This document shows, in pieces, positions 18,958 to 28,580 of a stretch of 64,000 bases of DNA. The stretch is taken from NCBI GenBank assembly GCA_963663405.2, contig CAXXSM010000105.1:32001-96000 (forward strand), given 5' to 3'. Within the stretch, counting starts at the first letter, position 1. The number at the start of each line of letters is the position of its first letter. Both the position numbers and the translations under genes were made by a program. Origin of the DNA: a bacterium. Lineage in GTDB: Bacteria > Hinthialibacterota > Hinthialibacteria > Hinthialibacterales > Hinthialibacteraceae. Under the pieces are notes generated by a model. It saw only the letters and a list, made by a program, of their open reading frames with translations. It did not search any database and was not told where the DNA came from.

Positions 18958-19584
18958 TCACTCATAATACCGCTTATTGGACGCCATTAGATCGCCTGAT
19001 GAGATGACGCCGTTGGATGGATTGTATAAAATATCAAGATGGTCCGTTCCACTGTCAAGCCCTCTCCAGAGGGGGACGTTGTTCCAGCCGATATCCTGTA
19101 AATCGGAATATTCGTCCGGACCGGCGGAATTGATCCAATATTTAAGGCCAATGGAAGTCAGTTCGGGAGACCAATTGCTCGTTGCGCCACCGGAGGCGAC
19201 AATGACTTCCGCGCTGTAGCCAAAAATCGCCAGCCATCCGTATGGGTACGCGACGTTCTTCGCTTCGTATGGATTTCTGATGATTTGATTGATATACGGC
19301 ACGGGGGTTGTCAGATGCTGCCAGGTCCGGGGTTCGAAGTACGAATGATCTGGTGGATAGGCGTTATTATCCACATAATACGCGCCCATCGCCGTTTGGA
19401 GTGACCGGATATCCGCCTTGACGCGGGCGACCTTCGCGCGGGACATGGCGGATAAAAAGTTGGGCACGGCGATCGCGGCTAAAATCCCGATAATAGCGAC
19501 AACAATTAGTAATTCGATCAACGTGAAAGCGGATTTCGATCGTAACGATCTTGATATTCTTTCTGTGACACTATTGATGTTCAT
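18958..19584 (-). CDS. Prepilin-type N-terminal methylation domain protein (GspG-like pseudopilin)
   Basis: SA/FTLIELLIVVAIIGILAAIAVPNF class III signal; Y.VD.N.YP, LTTPV.Y, SAGPD, YNPSNG..S.GD. Confidence 0.92.
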   Translation of the reverse strand: MNINSVTERISRSLRSKSAFTLIELLIVVAIIGILAAIAVPNFLSAMSRAKVARVKADIRSLQTAMGAYYVDNNAYPPDHSYFEPRTWQHLTTPVPYINQIIRNPYEAKNVAYPYGWLAIFGYSAEVIVASGGATSNWSPELTSIGLKYWINSAGPDEYSDLQDIGWNNVPLWRGLDSGTDHLDILYNPSNGVISSGDLMASNKRYYE

Positions 19585-19839
19585 ACCACTACCCTTTCCT
19601 ATTTTTGATGAATTATAAGCGAGTTTTATCGCTTGTCCATATCATTTCTCCTATTCATCCTAGAATTCAACGCTGGACAAATCTCCCCTGGGAACCATCC
19701 CATCGATATCAACGACAAATAGTAGTTATAGCAAAATACGCCTAGTGATGCGAATGAATTCTTTTTTATTCCTTTTTTAGAGCGAGGTTATATACTTCCC
19801 TGCCATAATCATTTTCAAACCTTTTGGAGGTATGTTCCG

Positions 19840-20433
19840 ATGAAGACAAAGTTTGTTGTATCGATTATGGTATTGTCACTCGCTCTTATCGCCGGTCAAA
19901 GTGTCATGGCCGAAAAACCGTATGACGTTGGATCGAAGATCGAGCCGTTTAAACTAAAGGATTGGGCCGGAAATGAACACGATCTCAGTAAAGATTTGGG
20001 AAAAAAAGTGATTGTGCTCAATTTCTGGAACTGCCAGTGTCCAGTATCGCGCGCGTATGAAAAGCGGTTTATCGCATTGGAAAAGAAATACCGTGACAAA
20101 GGCGTTCAGGTATACTCGATCGATTCCAACACTATTAACGACGTCGAACGCATCACGAAATACGCGAAAGAGAGCAAAATCTCGTATCCCGTCTTGAAAG
20201 ATTGGAACAACGTAATCGCGGACAAGTTCAACGCGAAAACCACGCCGGATGTGTTCGTGATCGGCAAAGACAAAACGATCCACTATCACGGCGCTTTCGA
20301 CAACAGCCAGCAGGAGGAGAATGTGAAAAACCATTGGCTGGAAGACGCGGTCAAAGAAGTTTTGGCTGGAGAAAAAGTTACGACGCCTGAAACAAAAACG
20401 TTCGGCTGTTCGATCAAACGTGTCAAAAAATAA
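19840..20433 (+). CDS. Secreted redoxin (AhpC/TSA-like thioredoxin family)
   Basis: Signal peptide, FWNCQCPVS, YP.L.D...IA..F.A..TPDVFV, YHGAFDN, terminal GCSIK. Confidence 0.9.
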   Translation: MKTKFVVSIMVLSLALIAGQSVMAEKPYDVGSKIEPFKLKDWAGNEHDLSKDLGKKVIVLNFWNCQCPVSRAYEKRFIALEKKYRDKGVQVYSIDSNTINDVERITKYAKESKISYPVLKDWNNVIADKFNAKTTPDVFVIGKDKTIHYHGAFDNSQQEENVKNHWLEDAVKEVLAGEKVTTPETKTFGCSIKRVKK

Positions 20434-20445
20434 TCGTAAAAAAAT

Positions 20446-20482
20446 GGGGTGAGTTTTGTATCCTTTCAAACTCACCCCTTTT
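20446..20482 (+). terminator. Rho-independent terminator
   Basis: GGGGTGAGTTT...AAACTCACCCC stem followed by a T-run, just after the redoxin stop. Confidence 0.75.
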
Positions 20483-20599
20483 CTTGTCCAGCTGGAATTA
20501 TTTTATGTCCGCGTTAATAATGGAGTTTGATGACCGTTTACATCTTAAGTCATGATTTTTAATTTCGGTGGGATAAAACCACCCTAAAAGAAGAGAGCG

Positions 20600-20839
20600 A
20601 TGAGTCCTTTGAATGAACTGAGTAAAACCCGGCGGGAGATTCTCCGGACGCTGGGGCGCATTTTATCCCTTGGATGTCTAGCGTGGGTGGGCAGCGCCGC
20701 TGCAAGAACCAATCGTTCTTCCAAAGAGCCGCAATGTGAAAAATCCAATCCCTGCCGGATATGCGGATCTTTGGACCGGTGCTCTCTACCTCAAGCTCGT
20801 GTAGCGCGGCGATTGAGAAAGGAGACGGTTCATGGCTAA
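20600..20839 (+). CDS. Small twin-arginine-type protein with a C-terminal 4-Cys cluster
   Basis: TRREILR plus a hydrophobic stretch; C-x5-C-x2-C-x5-C (CEKSNPCRICGSLDRC). Overlaps the next gene. Confidence 0.7.
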   Translation: MSPLNELSKTRREILRTLGRILSLGCLAWVGSAAARTNRSSKEPQCEKSNPCRICGSLDRCSLPQARVARRLRKETVHG

Positions 20840-21401
20840 ATCTTCCCCAAAAATCACTCGCCGCAATCTCTTAAAAGACGGTATCCGAAGCGCCTGTCTG
20901 CTAGGTGTCGGCGGCGCCGCCGGAAATCTCTTGGGACGAGCCCAGACCGAGCAATACTGCTGGCAGATCGATCCCTACGCGTGCGTGGCCTGCGGACAAT
21001 GCGCCGATCATTGTGTGCTCGATGAGTCCGCTGTGAAGTGCGTGCAGGTCTATGGCATGTGCGGCTACTGCAAACTCTGCACGGGCTTTTTCGATCCAGC
21101 GCCTCTGGCGCTCAACACCGGCGCGGAGAATCAACTTTGTCCTGCAGGCGCGATCATACGGACATTCATCGAGGATCCCTATTATGAGTATACCATTGAT
21201 GAAACCCTCTGCATTGGCTGCGGGAAATGCGTTAAATGGTGCAAAGCCTTTGGCAATGGGTCGCTTTTCCTCCAAGTCCGGCACGATCGATGCGTAAACT
21301 GCAATGAGTGTTCCATCGCCGCCGCCTGCCCGTCTGACGCGTTCAGACGGGTTCCTGTTAATCGCCCTTATCTATTGAAAGGAGCGAGCCATAGCGAATG
21401 A
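20832..21401 (+). CDS. Multi-[4Fe-4S] ferredoxin-type protein with a Tat-like leader
   Basis: TRRNLLK leader; CVACGQCADHC, CGYCKLC..CP, CIGCGKCVKWC, CVNCNEC..CP. Confidence 0.88.
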   Translation: MAKSSPKITRRNLLKDGIRSACLLGVGGAAGNLLGRAQTEQYCWQIDPYACVACGQCADHCVLDESAVKCVQVYGMCGYCKLCTGFFDPAPLALNTGAENQLCPAGAIIRTFIEDPYYEYTIDETLCIGCGKCVKWCKAFGNGSLFLQVRHDRCVNCNECSIAAACPSDAFRRVPVNRPYLLKGASHSE

Positions 21402-22708
21402 ATTCTTTCGTCCGCGCGCTAACATCGCTCTCCCACACACTCAATTCCGCTGTTGATATACAGCGGTTTCCCCCGCCGGAATTTGAAGGGGGGCATGCGC
21501 TTCCCCAAACCACCACGCCCATGCCCCATAGTGAATTCTTTGAATATCTAGATGTGGCGGTTCTCGTGGGGGCGCTCTCTCTCGCGTCTTATTTTGTTTA
21601 TACAAAACGCAGCCGATCGAGTGTTTTTTACCTTTCGATCTTTTCTCTGATCTATTTTGGATTTTTCCGGGAAGGCTGTATCTGTTCCATCGGCGCCATC
21701 CAAAACGTCACGCTGGCGCTCTTTGATCAAACCTACGCGATTCCGTTGGTCGCGCTTGCGTTTTTCCTTTTGCCGTTGCTCTTCTCTCTCTTTTTTGGGC
21801 GCGTCTTCTGCGCGGGCGTTTGTCCACTTGGCGCGATACAAGATCTTGTGTTGATAAGACCTATCAAGGTTCCTTACTGGCTTCAACAAGCGTTAAGCCT
21901 CTTTGCGTATGTATACCTGGGCGCGGCGGTCTTATTCGCGGCGCTGGGCAGCGCATTCATCATCTGTGAATACGATCCTTTCGTCTCCTTTTTCCGTCTT
22001 TCCGGCAATCTGAGTATTTTACTGCTCGGAACATTTCTGCTCGTGATCGGCTTATTCGTAGGCCGGCCCTACTGCCTTTACCTGTGTCCCTATAGCGTGA
22101 TTCTGCGATTTCTTTCACGATTTTCTCAATGGAATGTGATTGTGACGCCTGATTCGTGCGTCACATGTCAGCGATGTGAAGACGCCTGTCCCTATGGGGC
22201 GATTGTTCCCCCTACGCCGAAGGACGCGCCATCTTCAAATGCAAAGGACCGGAAGCGTCTGATCCTATTACTATTAACCGCGCCGGTTATCATCGCTTTT
22301 GCCGCATGGGTAACCTCTTTCGCGGGCGCTTCTTTTTCGCGTATGGATTATACAGTACGTTTAGCCGAACAGATCATTTGGGAAGAGACCGAACAAGTGG
22401 AAGTCTACACCGACGCCAGCGCCGCGTTCCGGGATACGGGACAACCCAAGGAAGAACTGTTTGAGAAAGCCCGGCTGCTTCGCGAGCGATATACGCTGGG
22501 CGCGTGGATCCTGGGCGCATTTATCGGGCTTGTGATTGTATGCAAATTAATCGAACAGTCTGTATTTACTCGAAGATCGGAATTCGAAGTCAATCCCGCC
22601 GGCTGTCTCGCATGCGGCCGGTGTTTCGCTTCCTGTCCCCTGGAGCGTAAGCGGCGGAGAGAATGTCAAGCCGCAATCCCGGCGAAGGGAGGCGCGGCCG
22701 TACAATGA
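21398..22708 (+). CDS. Polytopic membrane 4Fe-4S binding protein (NapH/MauN/NosR-C-terminal-like)
   Basis: GRVFCAGVCPLGA.QD, RPYCLYLCPY, CVTCQRCEDACP, CLACGRCFASCP, multiple TM helices. Confidence 0.9.
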   Translation: MNSFVRALTSLSHTLNSAVDIQRFPPPEFEGGHALPQTTTPMPHSEFFEYLDVAVLVGALSLASYFVYTKRSRSSVFYLSIFSLIYFGFFREGCICSIGAIQNVTLALFDQTYAIPLVALAFFLLPLLFSLFFGRVFCAGVCPLGAIQDLVLIRPIKVPYWLQQALSLFAYVYLGAAVLFAALGSAFIICEYDPFVSFFRLSGNLSILLLGTFLLVIGLFVGRPYCLYLCPYSVILRFLSRFSQWNVIVTPDSCVTCQRCEDACPYGAIVPPTPKDAPSSNAKDRKRLILLLLTAPVIIAFAAWVTSFAGASFSRMDYTVRLAEQIIWEETEQVEVYTDASAAFRDTGQPKEELFEKARLLRERYTLGAWILGAFIGLVIVCKLIEQSVFTRRSEFEVNPAGCLACGRCFASCPLERKRRRECQAAIPAKGGAAVQ

Positions 22709-24459
22709 ATGAGAAGATCAAAAATCCTAAAATGACACCGTGGTATTTGACCGCCAAAGGCGCCGTCATTGTATCCGGCGTTTTTTCGATTCTTGCCGTG
22801 GGAATGCTGCTCTGGAACTATGTCATCGATAAAGCGGGGCTTCCGGACAAGGAACAAATCTATTCCAGCGAACTCGTAGAAAAAAAAGCGCTTCTCGCCC
22901 AAGATCCCCTCAATGAAGAACTGAAAAAAGAGATTCGAAACTTGGACCTGGAACTTCGGCAGGGCTATTTCCAGCGAAAGGCGTTTGCGGATCGCGGCCG
23001 ATACTTTCTTCTCATCGGGATCGTGATTTTCCTGTTTGCGATCCGGCAAGTGGCCGCGATTCATAAGGCGCCATTTAAGAAATGGTCCCGGTTGAAGGAA
23101 CCGGAATTTGAAATTAATAAAAAGGCGCAGGCTCGGTCGGCCATCAGCGTGATGGGATTGATACTACTGGGGGGCGCGGTGACTTTGGCTCTTCTGCCAA
23201 CGGTCGATCTGACAACTCTTTCCTCTGAAATGGCGAACGCGGAAGAGCCCACTCTTCCCGATTATCCGGCCATGGAGGAGATTCAACAAAACTGGCCGCG
23301 TTTCCGTGGGCCTGGAGGGCTGGGGATCTCTTATCATGAACGGGCGCCCACTTCCTGGAACGGAGAAACGGGTGAGGGAATCCTCTGGAAAACGGAGGTT
23401 CCCCGAACCGGCCCCAATTCCCCCATCGTCTGGAACGATCGTCTCTTTTTCACCGGTGGCGATCAGATGAATAAAGAGGTCTTCTGTTTTTCAACGGCTA
23501 CCGGGGACCTTGTATGGAGCCGCCGGGTGGAAAATGTTCCCGGCAATCCTGGGAAAGAGCTGAATGTGCTTGAGGACACGGGTTTTGTGGCGCCCACTAT
23601 GGCCTGTGATGGTTCACGTGTCTACGCTCTCTTCGCGGATGGTGATTTGGCCTGTTTTGATTTTAACGGCAAACAGGTTTGGGCGAAAAACCTTGGGACA
23701 CCGGATAACATATACGGTCTTGCTTCATCATTGGCTGCGTACCAAAACAACGTATTAATCCAATACGATCAAGGCACAGAAGAAGATACCAAATCAAAAC
23801 TCATCGCATTGGAAGGAAAAACAGGAGTCATCGCGTGGCAGGCTACACGGCCCGTAGCCAACGCCTGGACTACGCCGGTCCTGGCGCAAACAGACAGCGG
23901 CGAACAAATCATCACCTGCTCGGAACCGTGGGTCATTGGATATGAGCCCAATGAAGGCAAGGAACTCTGGCGGGCCAATCTAATGGGCACGGATTTGGCT
24001 CCGTCTCCCATTTACGCCCAGGGATTAGCCATCGTGGTTCAACCAAGCGAAGCCATGTTTGCGATTCGGACGGATAGCCAAGGAGACGTGACTGACACCC
24101 CGCAAGTGGCTTGGATCAAGGATTGTCCCGCGCCGGATATATGCAGCCCTGTCAGCAATGGGGAATTGATTTTCCTGCTGGGCTCAATGGGTGAATTGGG
24201 CTGTTACGAAACCAAAACAGGAGAAATGATCTGGGAAGAGATCATCGATGATTCTTTTCAAGCTTCGCCAACGATCGCAGGCGGCTGGCTCTACCTGCTA
24301 AGCGAGGAAGGCGTAACGTATCGAGTCAAGGCGGCGAGAGAATACGAAGCCGCCGGAACTTCACCCTTGGATGAATGGCTCCGCGCCTCTCCAGCGTTCA
24401 TGGATGGACGTATTTATATCCGGGGAGACCGGTTTTTATATTGTATAGGAAGTGAATAA
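22705..24459 (+). CDS. Membrane-anchored PQQ-binding-like beta-propeller protein (3 N-terminal TM segments)
   Basis: NWPRFRGPGG.G, W..G.GILWK, SPIVW, repeated G..xW blades. ATGA coupling to the upstream gene. Confidence 0.88.
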   Translation: MNEKIKNPKMTPWYLTAKGAVIVSGVFSILAVGMLLWNYVIDKAGLPDKEQIYSSELVEKKALLAQDPLNEELKKEIRNLDLELRQGYFQRKAFADRGRYFLLIGIVIFLFAIRQVAAIHKAPFKKWSRLKEPEFEINKKAQARSAISVMGLILLGGAVTLALLPTVDLTTLSSEMANAEEPTLPDYPAMEEIQQNWPRFRGPGGLGISYHERAPTSWNGETGEGILWKTEVPRTGPNSPIVWNDRLFFTGGDQMNKEVFCFSTATGDLVWSRRVENVPGNPGKELNVLEDTGFVAPTMACDGSRVYALFADGDLACFDFNGKQVWAKNLGTPDNIYGLASSLAAYQNNVLIQYDQGTEEDTKSKLIALEGKTGVIAWQATRPVANAWTTPVLAQTDSGEQIITCSEPWVIGYEPNEGKELWRANLMGTDLAPSPIYAQGLAIVVQPSEAMFAIRTDSQGDVTDTPQVAWIKDCPAPDICSPVSNGELIFLLGSMGELGCYETKTGEMIWEEIIDDSFQASPTIAGGWLYLLSEEGVTYRVKAAREYEAAGTSPLDEWLRASPAFMDGRIYIRGDRFLYCIGSE

Positions 24460-24562
24460 AACAAAACGCCTGGACTATTTGGGAAGGTAGTTTGTTTTGT
24501 TTATAAACGAGTTTATTAGAAAACATCAGACTATTTCAAAAATCAAAGAGAGGATTGAATCG

Positions 24563-25885
24563 ATGAAAAGAGTAAGCATGGTTGTATGGATTGCGTTGTT
24601 TGTTTGGTCGTCGAATGTCTACGCAGGTGATTGGCCACAATACTTAGGTCCCGGCAGAAACGCTGTTTCTTCGGAAACCGGATTGGCGAAAGAATGGCCC
24701 GAAGACGGCCCCAAGGTTTTGTGGACCGTGCCTCTTGGTCTCGGTTACGGCGGTCCGGCGGTTGTGGATGGAAAGGTGTATCTCCTGGACCGGATCGGCG
24801 CCGAGCAGGATGTGATGCGTTGTCTCGATTTCAAAACCGGTCAAGAAGAATGGCGGTTCGCCTACGACGCGCCCGGCCGGTTGGGCCATCCCGGCTCCCG
24901 TTCCGTGCCCAGTGTGGACGATGAACGGATTTACACCTGCGGACCACATGGGGATGTCTACTGTTTCGACAGAACAACCCATAAACCCATATGGAAGAAA
25001 AGCCTCAAGACCGATTTCGGTCCGGAAGCGTCGATGGGCTGGGGTTTCGGCCAGAATCCACTGCTGTATGAAGATATGATCATTATCGCTCCAATGACAT
25101 CGGAAGTGGGTGTCGCGGCCCTCGACAAAAAAACCGGTGATACTAAGTGGACCTCTCCTCCAATGACCGGCCGCGGGAGTTACGTGTCACCCGGCGTCTA
25201 TCAAATCTGCGGGGAAGACCAGATTGTGATGATCAACGCATCTAACGAAGGAAGGAGACGAGGCCGTTCCCGGGATTCCGAACAAACCCAAGATAACGCG
25301 CAAGCGTCAAATGCGAACAAGGGTGTCGTTGTCGGATTGAATCCAAAAACAGGTGAACAGTTATGGAGTTATTACGGTTGGCAATGCGGTATCCCCATAC
25401 CGAACATGGTCACGATCGGCGATGGCCGGTTCTTCATCACTGGCGGTTATCAAGCCGGTTCGGCGATGATCCGAATCGAAAAGAAAGACGGGAAGTTTGT
25501 TGTTGAAGAATTGTTTAAAACAGCGGATTTTGGCGTGCACTGCCATCCACCAATCCTTTATAAAGATTACCTTTACGGCCATTGCTCCACGAATGAGACC
25601 CGTGATGGTCTGGTCTGCATGAATTTAGATGGAGAAGTGCAATGGAAGACGGGAAGCGATCCGCTTTTCGACAAAGGTGGGCTTCTTCTCGCTGATGGGC
25701 GGATTTACAGTGTCGATGGGAATGAAGGTTACCTCTATATGATCGATCCTTCTCCCGAAGGATTCAAACCAATCGCAAAGGCGAAATTGCTGGGTGGACG
25801 TGAAATCTGGGCGCCGCTGACGCTTGTCGACGGGAACCTGTTGATCCGCGATCAGTCGCAGATTAAATGCGTCGACATCCGGTAA
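24563..25885 (+). CDS. Secreted PQQ-binding-like beta-propeller protein
   Basis: Signal peptide ending VYA-G, DWPQYLGP.RN..S.ETGL...WP..GPKVLW, tryptophan-docking blades. Confidence 0.88.
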   Translation: MKRVSMVVWIALFVWSSNVYAGDWPQYLGPGRNAVSSETGLAKEWPEDGPKVLWTVPLGLGYGGPAVVDGKVYLLDRIGAEQDVMRCLDFKTGQEEWRFAYDAPGRLGHPGSRSVPSVDDERIYTCGPHGDVYCFDRTTHKPIWKKSLKTDFGPEASMGWGFGQNPLLYEDMIIIAPMTSEVGVAALDKKTGDTKWTSPPMTGRGSYVSPGVYQICGEDQIVMINASNEGRRRGRSRDSEQTQDNAQASNANKGVVVGLNPKTGEQLWSYYGWQCGIPIPNMVTIGDGRFFITGGYQAGSAMIRIEKKDGKFVVEELFKTADFGVHCHPPILYKDYLYGHCSTNETRDGLVCMNLDGEVQWKTGSDPLFDKGGLLLADGRIYSVDGNEGYLYMIDPSPEGFKPIAKAKLLGGREIWAPLTLVDGNLLIRDQSQIKCVDIR

Positions 25886-25901
25886 TCGATGTTACATCTC
25901 C

Positions 25902-27089
25902 ATGAAGACAGCGATCGTCACAGCCTTAATCATCATTCTCATTGGTCTTGTGGCGCTCCTGTGGATCGAGGAGGAAAAAAAACCGTCCACGTTCGATCGC
26001 AGCGGAAGGATTCGAGAGTTTAAAAAGAGTCCACTCGAAGATGGGGCGCCCTGGCCGATGTTCCACGGCGCCCCACAGTTAACGGGCGCGGTGGATTCTT
26101 CAATTCCGGATACGCTCGCTCTCTATTGGAGATTTAAAACAGGAGGAGAGATTGTCTCATCAGCGGCTATCCAGGATGGCCGCGTCTACGCAGGTTCAGA
26201 AGACGGGAACCTTTACGCCTTGGATCTAGCAACCGGGAATGAAGTCTGGCGTTACCCAACAGGCGACTCGATTGAAAGTTCCCCCTGTGTTGTAGAGGGA
26301 ACCGTTTACATTGGCTCATCTGATTCATTTCTCTACTCGATTGAAGCGGAAACGGGAGAGATGAAGTGGAAATACAAAACCGGAAACCGCATCCTGGGTG
26401 GAGTGAATTGGGCGCAGCTCCCTGGTGATGAGAACGCGCGGATTCTTGTTGGGAGTTACGACAGCAAATTATATTGTCTGCGCGCGGATACAGGGAAGCC
26501 GATTTGGATTTATAAATCGGATCATTACATCAACGGAACGCCGGCTGTTGCAGATGATTTGGTGGTTTTCGGCGGTTGTGACGATCGAATCCATTTTGTC
26601 TCGATCGAGAGCGGAACCGCCATCGCCCGTGTGGACGCGGGATCATACATCGCCGCCTCCCCTGCGTTTGCGGATAACCGGGCTTATGTTGGACATTACG
26701 AAGGTGAATTCCTTTGCGTGGACGTAAAACAAGAAAAAATTATTTGGCGATACAAGGGACAGGCTCCCTTCTTTTCATCCGGCGCATTGGCGAAGGATCG
26801 CGTGGTCTTCGGCGGTTACGATAAACGCCTGCATTGCGTCAATCGGGAAACGGGAAAAAAGATATGGACCTTTCCCACCCGTGGAAAAATCGAATCGAGT
26901 CCTGCGATCGCGAAGGATAAAATTATTGTGGGATCAAACGATGGGCGCTTATATATGATCCGCCTCTCCAATGGTTCCAGAATCTGGAGTTATGAGATTG
27001 GCGCGCCGGTCAAAGCGGCGCCCGCCATCGCGCAAGGCCGGATCGTAGTTGGCGCCGGAGATGGAACGATCTACGCCTTTGGTCCATAA
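25902..27089 (+). CDS. BamB/AfsK-type PQQ-repeat beta-propeller protein
   Basis: WPMFHG, regular W.F.TG..I.SSP....VY.GS.DG.LYA repeats, N-terminal anchor. Confidence 0.9.
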   Translation: MKTAIVTALIIILIGLVALLWIEEEKKPSTFDRSGRIREFKKSPLEDGAPWPMFHGAPQLTGAVDSSIPDTLALYWRFKTGGEIVSSAAIQDGRVYAGSEDGNLYALDLATGNEVWRYPTGDSIESSPCVVEGTVYIGSSDSFLYSIEAETGEMKWKYKTGNRILGGVNWAQLPGDENARILVGSYDSKLYCLRADTGKPIWIYKSDHYINGTPAVADDLVVFGGCDDRIHFVSIESGTAIARVDAGSYIAASPAFADNRAYVGHYEGEFLCVDVKQEKIIWRYKGQAPFFSSGALAKDRVVFGGYDKRLHCVNRETGKKIWTFPTRGKIESSPAIAKDKIIVGSNDGRLYMIRLSNGSRIWSYEIGAPVKAAPAIAQGRIVVGAGDGTIYAFGP

Positions 27090-27148
27090 TTGGAACAAAC
27101 TACTTGGATCCAAGGGCGAAGAAATCTACCCTTGCGATAGACGAATCA

Positions 27149-28552
27149 ATGAAAGAATCAACAATCGGAAACGTAGTAATAGGCGCGCTCGCAGCCGTTG
27201 GAATCCTCACACTCATATTCTGGCTGAGCGCCGATGCGCCGTTTGATCTGGAAGAACGCGTGCCGGGTATGGATAAGGCGGATCAAATCGCCGCCGCTGA
27301 GGGAAGCCGCGAAGGACCGGAAGGTGAATTAATCCTATCAGACGGCGTTCCCGAAATGTACCCGGCGCCGCCGAAGTACAATTGGCCCTGCTTTCGCGGT
27401 GAAGATCTCGACAATATCAGTAAAGAAGTCTATACACCCGCCCCGAAAGGAAGCGAGTTTCCCGTCCTTTGGTCTATCGATGTCGGCGAAGGTTTCGCCG
27501 GAGCGGTGATCCGGGATGGACGCGTCTATATGATAGATTACGACCGCGAAAAGAAAGCGGACGCCCTGCGCTGTCTCTCCTTCGTAGACGGCCGGGAAAT
27601 TTGGCGTTACACCTATCCCATCAGCGTAAAACGCAATCATGGCATGAGCCGGACCATCCCATTCGTTACGGAGAAGTTAGTCGCCGCCATCGGCCCCAAA
27701 TGCCATGTCACTTGCCTCGATTCGAAAAGCGGGGAGAAAAAATGGTCTCTGGATCTGGTCTACGCGTATGACGCCGAGGTTCCCCCCTGGTACGCTGGGC
27801 AATGTCCCTTGATCGATGGAGATCAGCTGATTCTTGGGGTAGGAGGAACCGCGTTGATGCTCGCTCTAGACAGCGAGACTGGCGAAGTCATTTGGGAAAC
27901 CCCGAATCCAAAAAATTGGAAAATGACTCATTCCTCCGTCACACCGATGGAATTCAACGGAAAGCGGCTTTATGTTTACTGCGCCAGCGCTGGCGTCGTG
28001 GGCGTCTCGGCGGACGATGGGCGGTTGTTATGGGAAATCTCAGATTGGAAAATCAATATCGCCAATGTGCCATCTCCTTTAATTATAGGCGATGGGCGAA
28101 TCTTCCTTAGTGGAGGTTATAAGGCTGGATCCATGATGCTTCAATTGGAAGAGAAGGATGGACAGATTACAGCCAATACACTCTTCCGTCTGGGACCGGA
28201 ACGATTCGGCTCGACACAGCAAACACCGATTCTTTACAAAGGACACATCTATGGAGTACGTCCTGATGAACAGCTGGTTTGCCTCGATCTCGAAGGAAAC
28301 GAAGTTTGGACCAGCACGAGCGCGTATAAATTCGGCCTTGGCCCCTATACCATCGCGGGTTCCTTGATTTACGCGATGAACGACACAGGTCTTTTAAGCC
28401 GTATCGAGGCCACTCACGAAGAGTTCCGTCTCTGGGATCAAACCCAACTGCTGGATGGGCACGATTCATGGGCTCCGATCGCCTTCGCGATGGGCCGGAT
28501 CATTGTACGCGACCTAAACCGGATGGTTTGCATCGATATAACGGCTCAGTGA
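27149..28552 (+). CDS. Membrane-anchored PQQ-binding-like beta-propeller protein
   Basis: N-terminal TM, ERVPGMD, WPCFRG...DNI, VKRNHGMSRT, WYAGQCPL, W-docking blades. Confidence 0.88.
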   Translation: MKESTIGNVVIGALAAVGILTLIFWLSADAPFDLEERVPGMDKADQIAAAEGSREGPEGELILSDGVPEMYPAPPKYNWPCFRGEDLDNISKEVYTPAPKGSEFPVLWSIDVGEGFAGAVIRDGRVYMIDYDREKKADALRCLSFVDGREIWRYTYPISVKRNHGMSRTIPFVTEKLVAAIGPKCHVTCLDSKSGEKKWSLDLVYAYDAEVPPWYAGQCPLIDGDQLILGVGGTALMLALDSETGEVIWETPNPKNWKMTHSSVTPMEFNGKRLYVYCASAGVVGVSADDGRLLWEISDWKINIANVPSPLIIGDGRIFLSGGYKAGSMMLQLEEKDGQITANTLFRLGPERFGSTQQTPILYKGHIYGVRPDEQLVCLDLEGNEVWTSTSAYKFGLGPYTIAGSLIYAMNDTGLLSRIEATHEEFRLWDQTQLLDGHDSWAPIAFAMGRIIVRDLNRMVCIDITAQ

Positions 28553-28580
28553 AGACGCCGATCACGGAAGAAGCGCAATA

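Noticed and set aside
22705-28552. Calling the propellers BamB or PQQ dehydrogenases
   Set aside because: There is no bam or der context, no lipobox and no recognisable quinoprotein catalytic motifs. Only the repeat fold is supported.
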